From an archaeon (GTDB lineage: Archaea > Iainarchaeota > Iainarchaeia > Iainarchaeales > Iainarchaeaceae), in the NCBI GenBank assembly GCA_035289485.1, contig DATDXA010000029.1:2691-66690 (forward strand): 64,000 bases of DNA, in the 5' to 3' direction. Below the pieces are notes generated by a model. It did no database searches, was not told the origin of the DNA, and worked only from the letters and a program-made list of their open reading frames with translations. Position numbers and translations under genes: made by a program. How positions within the stretch are numbered: position 1 is the first letter of the stretch; each line of letters opens with the position of its first letter. Positions 28,289 through 37,676 of the stretch are shown here, piece by piece.

Positions 28289-28452
28289 TCAGCCCATGTA
28301 CTTGTCCTTGCAATTCTCCGAGCAAAAACCGGCATAGAAGAGATGGCGAGCGGTTGTGTCCTTGTTTATTTCTTTCCCGCACGTGGTGCAGGTTTTTGAT
28401 TGAGGCATGTTGTAGACTTTGCCGGATTTTTTGGTGAATTTGCTAAGATCCA
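28289..28452 (-). CDS. TRASH/YHS-type small metal-binding zinc-ribbon protein (54 aa).
   Basis: Manual translation gives MDLSKFTKKSGKVYNMPQSKTCTTCGKEINKDTTARHLFYAGFCSENCKDKYMG, the C-x2-C-G-x-I...Y-x-G...FCS-x2-C signature. It is below the ORF-track cutoff. Confidence 0.5.
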
Positions 28453-28581
28453 TGAAGACAACTGGGAATTGAATGTAATTTAAATCTTAGCCGAACCTGA
28501 ATTCTACATAATAAGTTTGTATGGCGCGGCCATACCGCCTATACAATCCCAATAAATACAACCAAGACAGCCGCTTCAAGT

Positions 28582-30054
28582 ATGGGATTGCGCACCGAAG
28601 CCGTTTTCGAGCCGATTGAAATTGAAAAGGCGCTTGGATGGCGGGTTTTTAGATTAGCGGACACGGAGCGCGCGAAAACGGTTTCGGATAATGACCTGCG
28701 CGAAATCGTGCAGATGAAAAGCGGCAAGCGCGTTTATGTGCAAAAGGCAATCCCTGAACTTAGTTCGCATGAGGCGCGGCTCTTGCGCAGCGCGCTTGAG
28801 CAGTATCGGGGGGCGCATTCCAAATCATTTGCAGGGCCGCATGATGCGTTTTTGGAATTTTGCAAATCAAGCAACATTGCACTCGATGAAGCGCAGGCGC
28901 AATATTTGAGGCGCGTGATTTTGTGCATTTCTTCGCAGGCCGGAGTGCTCTCTGCCTTCCTTGAAGATGAAAGCCTTGAGGAAATCGCGGTGATTGGCAT
29001 TGGAAGGCACAGGCCAGTGCATGTGTTTGATTGCGCGTTTGGCTGGCTTGAAACAAATATTTATTTTTCCTCAGAAGAGGAGGTGAGAAACATCGTGAAT
29101 GCCATGGCTTCTGGGATTGGGAGAAGAATCACATTCCAAAAGCCAAGGATAAATGCCGTGCTTTCGGATGGCTCGCGGCTAAATGCGTGCATCGAACCGG
29201 CATCCGTATCGGGGCCGTGCGTTACAATAAGAAAGTTCCGCAAAAAGCCGTTCACGCCATCTGACCTCATAAAAAGCGGAACAGTTTCCGCGCAGATGAT
29301 GGCGTTTTTGTGGATGGCAATGCAGGCGGACTGCTCCTTGCTTGTGTGCGGGAACACCGGCTCTGGAAAAACCACATTGCTAAACAGCCTTTTCAATTTC
29401 GTGCCCGCAACGGAGCGCATAATAATTGTTGAAGAGACTCCGGAAGTGAATGTGCCGCACGCGCACGTGGTGCGGCTTGCGACAGCGGAAGGAATTGAGA
29501 TTGGGATGCAGGAGCTGATTGTAAATACACTAAGAATGAGGCCGGATAGGGTGCTTGTTGGCGAAGTGCGCGATAGAAGCGAACTCGGGGCGTTAATAGA
29601 TACACTGCTTGCTGGGCAGGGAAAGGGAAGCTACGCAACATTTCACGCCCAGTCGGCTGCCGATGCGATTGCAAGGATGAGGAATATGGGAACGCTTGAA
29701 TCAGACCTTGCTGCGCTTGACATCATTTTGGTGCAAAGGCGCTGGAGCTCTTATTCTGCGGGCGCGGCATCGGAGGAGCGCAGACTTGTTAGTGTGTGTG
29801 CGGTTGAGGAAGGAAGCGCGGGCGCTCTTGCGCAGGACATGTTTTCATACGATTTCAAAGGAAAGGAGTTCATTTCGCACGGCATTTCGGGGCGCGTTTT
29901 GGAAAAAATATGCAGGGCTTTTGGAATTGGCAAAAAGGAATTCCAATCCGAGCTTTGCGAACGGGAGGAATTTTTGCGCACACTTGAGGGGAAAGGAGGC
30001 GAGGAGTTCTTTGCGGCAATACAAAATTATGGAAAAGGCGATGCGCGAAATTGA
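28582..30054 (+). CDS. Type IV pilus / Tad-like secretion ATPase (GspE/VirB11/FlaI-TadA family).
   Basis: Walker A LLVCGNTGSGKTTLLNSL, Walker B/Asp box IIIVEETPEV, and RMRPDRVLVGEVRD. Length is 490 aa. Confidence 0.9.
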   Translation: MGLRTEAVFEPIEIEKALGWRVFRLADTERAKTVSDNDLREIVQMKSGKRVYVQKAIPELSSHEARLLRSALEQYRGAHSKSFAGPHDAFLEFCKSSNIALDEAQAQYLRRVILCISSQAGVLSAFLEDESLEEIAVIGIGRHRPVHVFDCAFGWLETNIYFSSEEEVRNIVNAMASGIGRRITFQKPRINAVLSDGSRLNACIEPASVSGPCVTIRKFRKKPFTPSDLIKSGTVSAQMMAFLWMAMQADCSLLVCGNTGSGKTTLLNSLFNFVPATERIIIVEETPEVNVPHAHVVRLATAEGIEIGMQELIVNTLRMRPDRVLVGEVRDRSELGALIDTLLAGQGKGSYATFHAQSAADAIARMRNMGTLESDLAALDIILVQRRWSSYSAGAASEERRLVSVCAVEEGSAGALAQDMFSYDFKGKEFISHGISGRVLEKICRAFGIGKKEFQSELCEREEFLRTLEGKGGEEFFAAIQNYGKGDARN

Positions 30055-30826
30055 GGAGTGCCTCATGTGCCTTGGAAGGAAGGAGAGCGCGGAGCAGTAC
30101 ACTACGCAGTCCGCAAAGGCTGCTGCAGTGGCATTTGCTCTTGCCTTTCTTGCATGGAGCCTTTTTTCGCGCGCAATTCTTGAAGGAGTTTTTGTATCCG
30201 CGGTTTTTGGTGGCGCGGTTTTCATCTGGAGAATAGGGATTCCAAAATCTCAGATGCGGCTGCGCGCAAGAAAAATTGAAAAGGACCTCCCATTTGCCCT
30301 GATGCAGCTAAGCGTTGGCCTCAATATCGGAGTTCCCTTCGATGCGGCACTAATGGCACTTGCAGACGGCGATTACGGGGAATTTTCCGCGCTGCTCAAA
30401 AAATCCCTGTGCGCGAGTAAACATTCCGCAAGCTCTGTTCCCAATGCGCTTATGGCAATGGCTTTGCAGGCAAAATCAAGGCAGCTTATGAGAACGGTTT
30501 CGCAGCTTGTTTCGCTCTATGAGCAGGGAACAAAGAAAAGCCCGGGAGAGAGCGTCCGCAGGATGGCTCTTGAACAGCTTTCAAGGCAGAAGGCTCAGGC
30601 AAAGGAGTTTTCTGGTAAGCTTGCCGTGATGTCTCTTGCGTTCATTGTAATTTCGGCAATCGTGCCGGCGCTTTTCCAGGCTTTTATGGTTGTGGGAGGG
30701 GCATTTACGGAAATACCGTTCACGGCGCTGCAGGCACTCGGGATTGTGGCGCTTGGTTTTCCGCTGCTTGATGCGATTATGCTTCTTTATATCAGATCGC
30801 TCACTCCGGAATTTTTGAAGGGATGA
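30028..30826 (+). CDS. Type II secretion system F-domain membrane protein (TadB/FlaJ-like half-size subunit).
   Basis: T2SF-like segment DLPFALMQLSVGLNIGVPFDAALMALADGDYGEFSALL plus 3 TM helices. The start is chosen at MEKAMREIEE, overlapping the ATPase stop. The listed longer ORF runs through the ATPase 3' end. Confidence 0.65.
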
Positions 30827-30827
30827 A

Positions 30828-31718
30828 ATGCTAAATGGAGTGTATTTGGAAATCGGGGCGCTTTTGGAAAGTGCAAAAATAAGGAAAAGCACGGGGGATT
30901 TTCTTGAGCAGATGGCCGCCGCCGGGGCGGTAATTGCAATTTTCACTCTCTTTTACGGCCTCTTTATTGCACAGAGCTCTAAAATTTCCATTCTTTCGGT
31001 GCCGGCGTTTTTTCTCCCCGCGGCACTTGGCTATTTTTATATTCTTTATCTTGCGGAGGAGAGGAAAAGAAAAATAGAAGAGGAAGTTCCAGACCTTCTG
31101 CTTCTTGCATCTTCCATGCCCGCAGGAACCGGAGTTGGGAAGGTGATTGGGTTCATGGCATCAACTGCAAAGGGGCCACTTTCAGAGGAATTTAGGGTTG
31201 CGCTGCGGCAGATGGCTAATGGGATGCCGGTTCACGAGGCGCTTTTCTCAATGAAAAAGAGGAACAAATCAAAGCCGCTTGCAAGGGCTCTTGATTTGAT
31301 TATCAGCGCGCTCAATACCGGAGCGGAAATGAACGCCGTGTTCCGCGAAACCGCGGAGGATTTTCTTGAAACGAATTCAATTTTGCGCGAGCGCTCGGCG
31401 AATATGACTGTTGAGAAATACACGCTGCTTCTTGCAGGAGGAATTGTGGTTCCGCTAGTGCTCGGGCTCATTACTGGGATGGTTGTTGGAATGGATTTTT
31501 CCACCATTTCCGAACTTGGAGTTGGAATGAGCGAGCGGCAAAGGGAGGCGCTTGTTGCGGCGTCAATGCTTGCAAATATCATCTACATCGCAGAATATGC
31601 GCTTCTTGCATCGGCTTTTGTGGCATTCCAGGAAGGGGTTCAGAAGAAGGCAATTGTGTATGCGGCTGTTCTCTTGCCGCTTGGGATGCTTGTGTACTTT
31701 ATTGGCAGGGGATTCTGA
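30828..31718 (+). CDS. Type II secretion system F-domain membrane protein (TadC/FlaJ-like half-size subunit).
   Basis: T2SF-like segment EEVPDLLLLASSMPAGTGVGKVIGFMAS...MPVHEALFSM...LARALDLIISALNTGAEMNAVF plus TM helices. It starts 2 nt after the previous gene. Confidence 0.7.
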   Translation: MLNGVYLEIGALLESAKIRKSTGDFLEQMAAAGAVIAIFTLFYGLFIAQSSKISILSVPAFFLPAALGYFYILYLAEERKRKIEEEVPDLLLLASSMPAGTGVGKVIGFMASTAKGPLSEEFRVALRQMANGMPVHEALFSMKKRNKSKPLARALDLIISALNTGAEMNAVFRETAEDFLETNSILRERSANMTVEKYTLLLAGGIVVPLVLGLITGMVVGMDFSTISELGVGMSERQREALVAASMLANIIYIAEYALLASAFVAFQEGVQKKAIVYAAVLLPLGMLVYFIGRGF

Positions 31719-31801
31719 ATTTTGGAAAGAAAATTGGCTTACTTCTGGGCCGGCTGGTCGGAAAATATTTAAAGGGGCGTTACCTTACAATACCGACCAA
31801 T

Positions 31802-32545
31802 ATGAAACACGATTTGGAATTTGTTGAATTGCAAAAAACCAGCCTTGATGGGTACACGCTCATTGAAGGCTTTCCCGGAATGGGCCTTGTTGGAACAATT
31901 GCGGCAAAATATATTGTGGAAAAGCTCAACTATGAGTACATTGGATACGTTGATTCGGATATTTTCCTCCCCGTTGTGAGAATTCATGAAGGGCTCCCTG
32001 TGCGGCCTGCGCGCATTTACGCCGACAAGAAAAACAAGGTCGCGGTACTGATTTCTGAGCAGGTTATTTCAAAGCAGTTCACATACCTTGTTGCGAAAAA
32101 AACCGCGGACTGGATAAAGGAAAAGGGAATTTCTGAATTGATTTCACTTTCTGGAGTGCACGCAGCGGACAATGAGCAGAAGGCGATAATTTATGGGATT
32201 GCGGCAAACGAAAAATCCAAAGAGCTTCTAAAGCAGTACAAGCTAATGGAAATCGGAGAGGGAATAACAACAGGAATTACTGCTCTGATACTTCTCGAAC
32301 TGCGAAATTCAAAAATCAACGCGATTTCAATTCTTGGAAATGTGCAGGTTTCCGCCGATTACAAGGCTTCTGCCGAGGTTCTGAAAAAACTTAATGAAAT
32401 TTTGGGGCTTAATTTGAATGTCGAGCCGCTTCTTGAGGAGGCGCGCGAGACTGAAAAACAGCTGCTCTCGCAGCTCCAAAAGCTCAAGGACACAAAGGAC
32501 AATTCGGATAAATTTGAGACGAAAACGCCGCCTTTGATAACGTAA
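31802..32545 (+). CDS. PAC2 family protein (proteasome assembly chaperone-like, COG1938).
   Basis: N-terminal LIEGFPGMGLVGTIAAKYIVEKL, which is characteristic of the PAC2 family. Confidence 0.6.
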   Translation: MKHDLEFVELQKTSLDGYTLIEGFPGMGLVGTIAAKYIVEKLNYEYIGYVDSDIFLPVVRIHEGLPVRPARIYADKKNKVAVLISEQVISKQFTYLVAKKTADWIKEKGISELISLSGVHAADNEQKAIIYGIAANEKSKELLKQYKLMEIGEGITTGITALILLELRNSKINAISILGNVQVSADYKASAEVLKKLNEILGLNLNVEPLLEEARETEKQLLSQLQKLKDTKDNSDKFETKTPPLIT

Positions 32546-32595
32546 AACATTGTACATAAGCAAATGTTTTTATTGCGGCTGATTAATCTTTAGTT

Positions 32596-33495
32596 ATGAC
32601 CGGCAAACCTTCTGGTAAATCAAATGCAGGAAAACAATCTTTGGGCAAAGCCCTGCTTGGGTTGGCGGCAAGAAAAAGGCATGAACCTGCGGACACAAGA
32701 AGGATATTCAAAAATGTTGGCGGCATATACGACCATGTGATTGATGCAACTCTCCAAAGAGAGGGAGTCCTGCACGCCCAAAAAGAAAAGACCAATTTAT
32801 CTGAACTGCATGATTCAAGCATCTTTCTTTTCAAGTATATTTTAGACCGCAAGGATCCGCGGTGGTCACTGGCGTCTGCACATGCTGGCATGAAGAAAAA
32901 AAGGGTATTTGAGCCGATAAATATGGAAAATGCCCTGCTTGCAGCATATGCGTCACATTACAAAGGCGAGAGGGGAAAATTTTCCGTTTTCAATAGTCTG
33001 GAGCATATAACCCAACTGGCAAGGGCGTTAAAGAACATTGAAATAGGATTCGCACGCGTTATGCCGCTGCGGGAAAAAATGAGGCTCAAAAATGGGTATG
33101 AAATTCAATTCGAAAGGACTCGGTCAATACAAAGGGGAAAAGACAAAAGGGGAGTTACAGGCTGCCCTGAGGCGCTCTGGCAACTTCAGCTTTACCATGA
33201 TGGCGGCTACCTCGGAAGGATAGGCTTCAACTTCCACGTGGAGGAGAATAGGCCGGTTGTTACGGTGGCAAATGTTCAGGGAGTTGGAAAGGAATTCGGA
33301 AAACATAATGAAGTGCTTGGTATCAAGAGAGAATTCGGAACTGATCTTGGCGGATTGCTCTGCGGAAAGCTCAAGGAAATTATGGGGCAGGAATTCGAGT
33401 ACCGCGGAGTCATGAATAGGGAGCAGAACGTTGTTCAGTATGCAATGGCTTTCCGGCGAGGAAAAATACCGGTTTTCAAGGCTAAGGGCAGATAA
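32596..33495 (+). CDS. Hypothetical protein (299 aa).
   Basis: Long ORF with no recognisable motifs. It sits at the boundary of the low-GC island. Confidence 0.5.
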   Translation: MTGKPSGKSNAGKQSLGKALLGLAARKRHEPADTRRIFKNVGGIYDHVIDATLQREGVLHAQKEKTNLSELHDSSIFLFKYILDRKDPRWSLASAHAGMKKKRVFEPINMENALLAAYASHYKGERGKFSVFNSLEHITQLARALKNIEIGFARVMPLREKMRLKNGYEIQFERTRSIQRGKDKRGVTGCPEALWQLQLYHDGGYLGRIGFNFHVEENRPVVTVANVQGVGKEFGKHNEVLGIKREFGTDLGGLLCGKLKEIMGQEFEYRGVMNREQNVVQYAMAFRRGKIPVFKAKGR

Positions 33496-33499
33496 TGAA

Positions 33500-34830
33500 A
33501 ACGGCGTTGTCTAAAAACTCAGGCTTTGAATGAGACTTTTTGGTTTTTTGGGACTTCTGTCCAAAAAGTGTTTTTGAGGTCAAATTTGTAATAAGCCCTT
33601 ATTAGGCAGCAGATGTTGTGGCATATTATTTTGCAGGCCATTTCGGAGAAGTTTGCTGTGAGGTTTTTTGTAAATAAGATGTCTCCAAACTTTTGTTTTA
33701 TCATGTAAAATGTGGTTTCCACGTTGCTTCGTTTGTGGTAGTGTTCGTTGAATTTTTGTGGGTTTTCTTGGAAAAAGAATAGTGCCTTTCTCCAGACCGG
33801 GCCATTGCCCCTGCCTCTTTCATTGCTATTGCTTTTGAATGGAATAAAACCGGTTGCTCCGATTTCATCAATGAAATTGTAGTTTTCTTTGGAGAGATAT
33901 CCTTTGTCTGCAACTACTTCTTTTACGTCAAAAGCTAGGGCAGTCCTTTTCACAAGATATTTGAGTTGAGGCGCATCCCCAACAAACTGGTCTGTAAGTA
34001 CTGCCGATGTAACGACATTGGTTTTCACGCCAATTGTTATATGCGCTTTCCTGTAAACTCTCTCCTGATTTTCATTGTTTTTATCTACAGACCAATGACC
34101 AAATCTGGAAGTAGAGAACCCTGTTGAATCAACCCCAAAAACAAGCTCATCACACTGCACTAGTGGTCTTGCAGACAATTCTATTAACGAAGTAAGGACA
34201 CCGCACAATTTTTTGTTGTTGAAGTAATTGAGGATTGTAGCTCTTGAAGGCACCTTTTGTAGAAATCCTTTTTGTTTGTAATCTTCGAGAGTTGACATTA
34301 ACCTTCCGGCTGAGCGCCTATAGTAAACTTTCAAAAGCATACAAAAAATCACGTCTTTTATGTCAGAGATTGGTCTGCCTGTTTTCTGTATTTTTTCAAT
34401 GCTCAATTGTTCAAGCAGTTCGTCAATAAGGCTGTCAAACATGTGCGCTTCCTCAGCTTGATATTCATTATATGCTTTCCAGTCTGTAGGCGGAATTGGC
34501 TGACTTTGATATTTGAAAGGCATGGGCTCCGACATTTGCCTTTTGCCCCAAGCAAACTTGAAATGGCACTTAGCGCACTCATATTTTTGCCGCCAAATGC
34601 CCTTCATAATATTGGCGTATGCCTTGCCTTTCTTCACAAGCTTTTCATGCCCGCATTTCCTGCAAAATTTTGGCTCGCTTCTCAGGTTATCCATAAGTAA
34701 ACACTTTTCTGCCGAATTATGATATACTTGATAGGTAAAGTATATAAATATTCTGCCGAAAAATGAATATTTATATAGAAGTTCTGCCTAATAATAGTGA
34801 AAATTTAATACTAACAGGCAGATAATTATG
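33500..34830 (-). mobile_element. Insertion-sequence-like element: one DDE transposase gene flanked by TTCTGCC-containing repeats.
   Basis: 11-bp inverted repeat TTATTAGGCAG (33599-33609) paired with CTGCCTAATAA (34784-34794). Three direct TTCTGCC(G/T)AA copies at 34707, 34751 and 34782, plus an inverted copy at 34815. GC content is lower than the surroundings. Confidence 0.6.
33519..34694 (-). CDS. DDE transposase with an N-terminal zinc-ribbon (IS5/IS1595-like).
   Basis: N-terminal CRKCGHE...CAKCHF zinc finger. C-terminal ADKGY ... HYHKRSNVETTFYMIKQKFG, matching the DDE_Tnp_1 Y-x-R-x3-E-x6-K signature. Confidence 0.8.
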   Translation of the reverse strand: MDNLRSEPKFCRKCGHEKLVKKGKAYANIMKGIWRQKYECAKCHFKFAWGKRQMSEPMPFKYQSQPIPPTDWKAYNEYQAEEAHMFDSLIDELLEQLSIEKIQKTGRPISDIKDVIFCMLLKVYYRRSAGRLMSTLEDYKQKGFLQKVPSRATILNYFNNKKLCGVLTSLIELSARPLVQCDELVFGVDSTGFSTSRFGHWSVDKNNENQERVYRKAHITIGVKTNVVTSAVLTDQFVGDAPQLKYLVKRTALAFDVKEVVADKGYLSKENYNFIDEIGATGFIPFKSNSNERGRGNGPVWRKALFFFQENPQKFNEHYHKRSNVETTFYMIKQKFGDILFTKNLTANFSEMACKIICHNICCLIRAYYKFDLKNTFWTEVPKNQKVSFKA

Positions 34831-35055
34831 AAACTACAAAGGGACTATCTTGACGATAAAGCCATGCAAATGGCTGGAGTAATAGAAAAGACAGTAAACG
34901 TAACCTATGACGGAAAACAATGCGCGATAAAAGTACCGTCCAAGCTAGCGCGTATTCTGCGTATTAAAAAAGGGGATAAAGTCAAATTTACTCTGTTAAT
35001 GCCTGAGGGAAAAGTCTTGCCGAAAAAAAATGAACTGAAGATAGAAATGATTTGA
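34828..35055 (+). CDS. AbrB/MazE/SpoVT-type swapped-hairpin DNA-binding protein.
   Basis: QCAIKVPSKLARILRIKKGDKVKF, an SpoVT-AbrB-like motif. The ATG follows directly after an inverted copy of the TTCTGCC repeat. Confidence 0.6.
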   Translation: MKLQRDYLDDKAMQMAGVIEKTVNVTYDGKQCAIKVPSKLARILRIKKGDKVKFTLLMPEGKVLPKKNELKIEMI

Positions 35056-35352
35056 ATGAAGAACGACAGGCGAAAAAAACTGCTCCTTGAAGTAATGGAG
35101 CGCCGAAAATATCCGGTAACCACGAGAGAGCTCGCCAGGATATCTATAATGAGTCCGATTACAGTAAAAAAGAAATTAAGCAAATTGGAAAAAGAAAAAA
35201 AAGTTAGAAAAAGAAAAACTGGAGACAAAATCGAGTGGATGCTGTCACAAGCCTACGCAAAAATGGAACGCCAATATTTCGAATTATTGGACAACATTGA
35301 GATTATCCCAAAGGAAAAAACCATTAAAAGGCATATCAATAAAACGAAATAA
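35056..35352 (+). CDS. Winged-helix transcriptional regulator (small HTH protein).
   Basis: LLLEVMERRKYPVTTRELARISIMSPITVKKKLSKLEKEKKV is wHTH-like. The ATG overlaps the stop of the AbrB-like gene. Confidence 0.55.
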   Translation: MKNDRRKKLLLEVMERRKYPVTTRELARISIMSPITVKKKLSKLEKEKKVRKRKTGDKIEWMLSQAYAKMERQYFELLDNIEIIPKEKTIKRHINKTK

Positions 35353-35360
35353 TTTGTGAG

Positions 35361-36257
35361 TTAAACAAATCCTTTGAATGAGCCTGCGATAAATTCGCCG
35401 TATATTTTTTCCCCTTTTTTGTTATAGACAAAAACGGCATAGCGTTTTACTTTTTTGATTTTTCCTTGTTTGTGTTGTGTGTTATAGCCTGCTTTATTTG
35501 CAGATTTTTGAATTTGCGGTTCAAGTTTCTTGATTGTTTGTGTATTGATTCCAGCACCGTGAATTGCTATATAGTTCAACCCTAAGGACAAGTAGTAGTG
35601 AACTTTACCCAAGAGTTCATCTTTATCGGTTCCTTCGTGGACAAATAAAACTCCTTTGTATCGGGTAACATAATCAAGAACCTGTTGAATAGCATTTTTA
35701 TCAATTAACCCTATATCGTTGATGTAAGCTAGAACTTCTGGAATGTATCCTTCAGTATACAAATTACAAAATTGTTTCTCTTCTTGATTAAGTTCAAGTT
35801 TCCTTGCAGCCGCTATATCTCGGTCTCCTTTTTCGTAAAGTTCTTGTATGTACATGCACTCTTTTATGCGAGCACGATATGCCACATCCAACAATTTTAC
35901 GAATGGATACGGGTAATCAGTATTCTCAAAAAATTGTTTGTACTTATCGTATTCTTCATTGAATTTTGTTTCTATTACTCTGGTTGGCACTCCTTTTTCC
36001 AAGCGCTTTGCTAACCATTGGCGGTCCTTATCCCTATCTAAGTTTCCAAAAGAAATGTCCCCGTCACTTTTTTCTATTACATATACTGACACGGGCGCGT
36101 TTACGTCACCGTTTATTACAATTTGTTTCAGACCTTTATTTAGTTCGGGATTTTTAAATTTGAGAAATTTGTCTTTCAAAATTGGCAATATTTTAAGAAG
36201 TTCGCCGAGTGCTTCGAGCCATGGTCCTACTACTGGTATGCTCCCCACTACGGACAC
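35361..36257 (-). CDS. Hypothetical protein (298 aa) in the low-GC island.
   Basis: Long ORF in AT-rich DNA with no clear family assignment. A weak degenerate hG[SD]-x13-DxD nucleotidyltransferase-like pattern (INGDVNAPVSVYVIEKSDGD) was noted. Confidence 0.5.
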   Translation of the reverse strand: MSVVGSIPVVGPWLEALGELLKILPILKDKFLKFKNPELNKGLKQIVINGDVNAPVSVYVIEKSDGDISFGNLDRDKDRQWLAKRLEKGVPTRVIETKFNEEYDKYKQFFENTDYPYPFVKLLDVAYRARIKECMYIQELYEKGDRDIAAARKLELNQEEKQFCNLYTEGYIPEVLAYINDIGLIDKNAIQQVLDYVTRYKGVLFVHEGTDKDELLGKVHYYLSLGLNYIAIHGAGINTQTIKKLEPQIQKSANKAGYNTQHKQGKIKKVKRYAVFVYNKKGEKIYGEFIAGSFKGFV

Positions 36258-36262
36258 GGAAG

Positions 36263-36625
36263 CTACTCCTTGTCCGCTAGATATCTGCTCAAACTACTAA
36301 GATTATTTTTTATAAAAACATGGGGGGAATTAGCAGGCATGAGAGCCCCAATTTCAGTAACTTTAAACTCTTGCTCATCTGACGAGAGTACTCTTTTCCC
36401 AGTATCTTTGAATACTACAAATCCATCGTCATCTATGGCGTAACCTAATTCTTTTATGATTTCTCGGATTTGCTTTTTGTTTGTATAGATGGTTATAGGT
36501 TGGTCGTTAGAGATTTCATCTATGGAAACCTCCTCAAAAATCTCAGTTTTGGCTTTGCCAGCCATATTCATCCCGCTCATAATACCAAACCCCAACATAT
36601 AAGCTTTTTGGTCACGAAAAACCAA
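36263..36625 (-). CDS. Hypothetical protein (about 100-120 aa), co-operonic with the 298-aa protein.
   Basis: There is a 5-bp gap to the downstream gene. Several candidate starts exist (M1, M10, M21). No recognisable motif. Confidence 0.45.
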   Translation of the reverse strand: MVFRDQKAYMLGFGIMSGMNMAGKAKTEIFEEVSIDEISNDQPITIYTNKKQIREIIKELGYAIDDDGFVVFKDTGKRVLSSDEQEFKVTEIGALMPANSPHVFIKNNLSSLSRYLADKE

Positions 36626-36777
36626 TTTGTGTCAATATACTAAACACCCTGCAAAACTCTTATATTTGACATACTTTTGGGCTCGGTTAAAAATGCCTAA
36701 AGTGCATTTTTCTCAATAAACGCCGGTTAAATTAGCCAAAGTAAACTTTAAAAGGAGAAAGAAGCAGTAGTCCCTTA

Positions 36778-36978
36778 ATGAAAAAGGTTCTTTCAATTGT
36801 AGTATTTCTTCTTGTGATTGGACTTTTTTTAACTGCCGGTTGCACCAGTAGCCAAAATAATCAGGGCAATACCCAAGGTCAAAATCCACAAGGCGGGGTG
36901 TCGCCGACAAATAATCAACCTTCTAACGACGAAGGAAATACTGGGACACTTCCGCAACCGCCAGAACTACCAGAGTAA
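36778..36978 (+). CDS. Small secreted lipoprotein-like protein (Gln/Asn/Gly-rich).
   Basis: Signal peptide MKKVLSIVVFLLVIGLFLTAGC with lipobox-like LTAGC, then a low-complexity polar tail. Confidence 0.55.
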   Translation: MKKVLSIVVFLLVIGLFLTAGCTSSQNNQGNTQGQNPQGGVSPTNNQPSNDEGNTGTLPQPPELPE

Positions 36979-36992
36979 AAGGGGAAAACAAA

Positions 36993-37676
36993 ATGAAACA
37001 ATTGATGCTAATTGGATTAGTTGCCTTATTATTGGCAGGATTAGTTTTTGCTGGCGATTACAATCCACAAAGTAATGAAGTTACAGTTAACCTATACAAA
37101 GGGTGGAACTTAGTTCCACACGGAGTATATGGATGTAACAACAGCTTAGGGGCAGTTTTCTATTATTCAACACTTAGTAAGGGGTATGTCGGTGCAAATG
37201 TCAAAAATGGAGCTATAGGTGCCGATAGTAAGTATTTCCCAAGTAAAACCGCTTATGATAGTTTCACCCAAAACGAAATTTCTTCACAGTTATCAGGTGC
37301 ATCGTGGATATACTCAACCGCTAATTGCTCGGCGAAAAAAAGTTACTTGCTTCTATCTGGGAAAGGTGATGAATTTGTTAATAGTTATCCAATAAAAAGT
37401 GGCTGGAATTTCATTGACATTTCACCCGTTATGGTTGGAAAAACACTGCCAACGCTATTTTCGAAATGCAGTGTTTTAGCAAGTAATAGCTGGGTAAATT
37501 CTGAACAGCATTGGTATTACTCATCAAGTTCAAGTGAAATTGCAAGAACCTTTGCTGAAGACACAAGCATATTAACAAACTCAGCTGTTGGAACAACTTT
37601 AATAGTAAAAGTTGCAAGTGACTGCTCTCTTTTAGCTGGAGAAGAGACAGTTTCACCACCCTCAGTACCAAACTGA
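36993..37676 (+). CDS. Secreted hypothetical protein (227 aa).
   Basis: Signal peptide MKQLMLIGLVALLLAGLVFAG. No recognisable domain. Low-GC DNA. Confidence 0.55.
   Translation: MKQLMLIGLVALLLAGLVFAGDYNPQSNEVTVNLYKGWNLVPHGVYGCNNSLGAVFYYSTLSKGYVGANVKNGAIGADSKYFPSKTAYDSFTQNEISSQLSGASWIYSTANCSAKKSYLLLSGKGDEFVNSYPIKSGWNFIDISPVMVGKTLPTLFSKCSVLASNSWVNSEQHWYYSSSSSEIARTFAEDTSILTNSAVGTTLIVKVASDCSLLAGEETVSPPSVPN

Noticed and set aside
29696-30027. Upstream extension of the TadB-like ORF (listed as 29696-30826).
   Set aside because: It overlaps 330 nt of the ATPase gene in another frame. A start at MEKAMREIEE (30028), giving the usual short overlap, is far more plausible.
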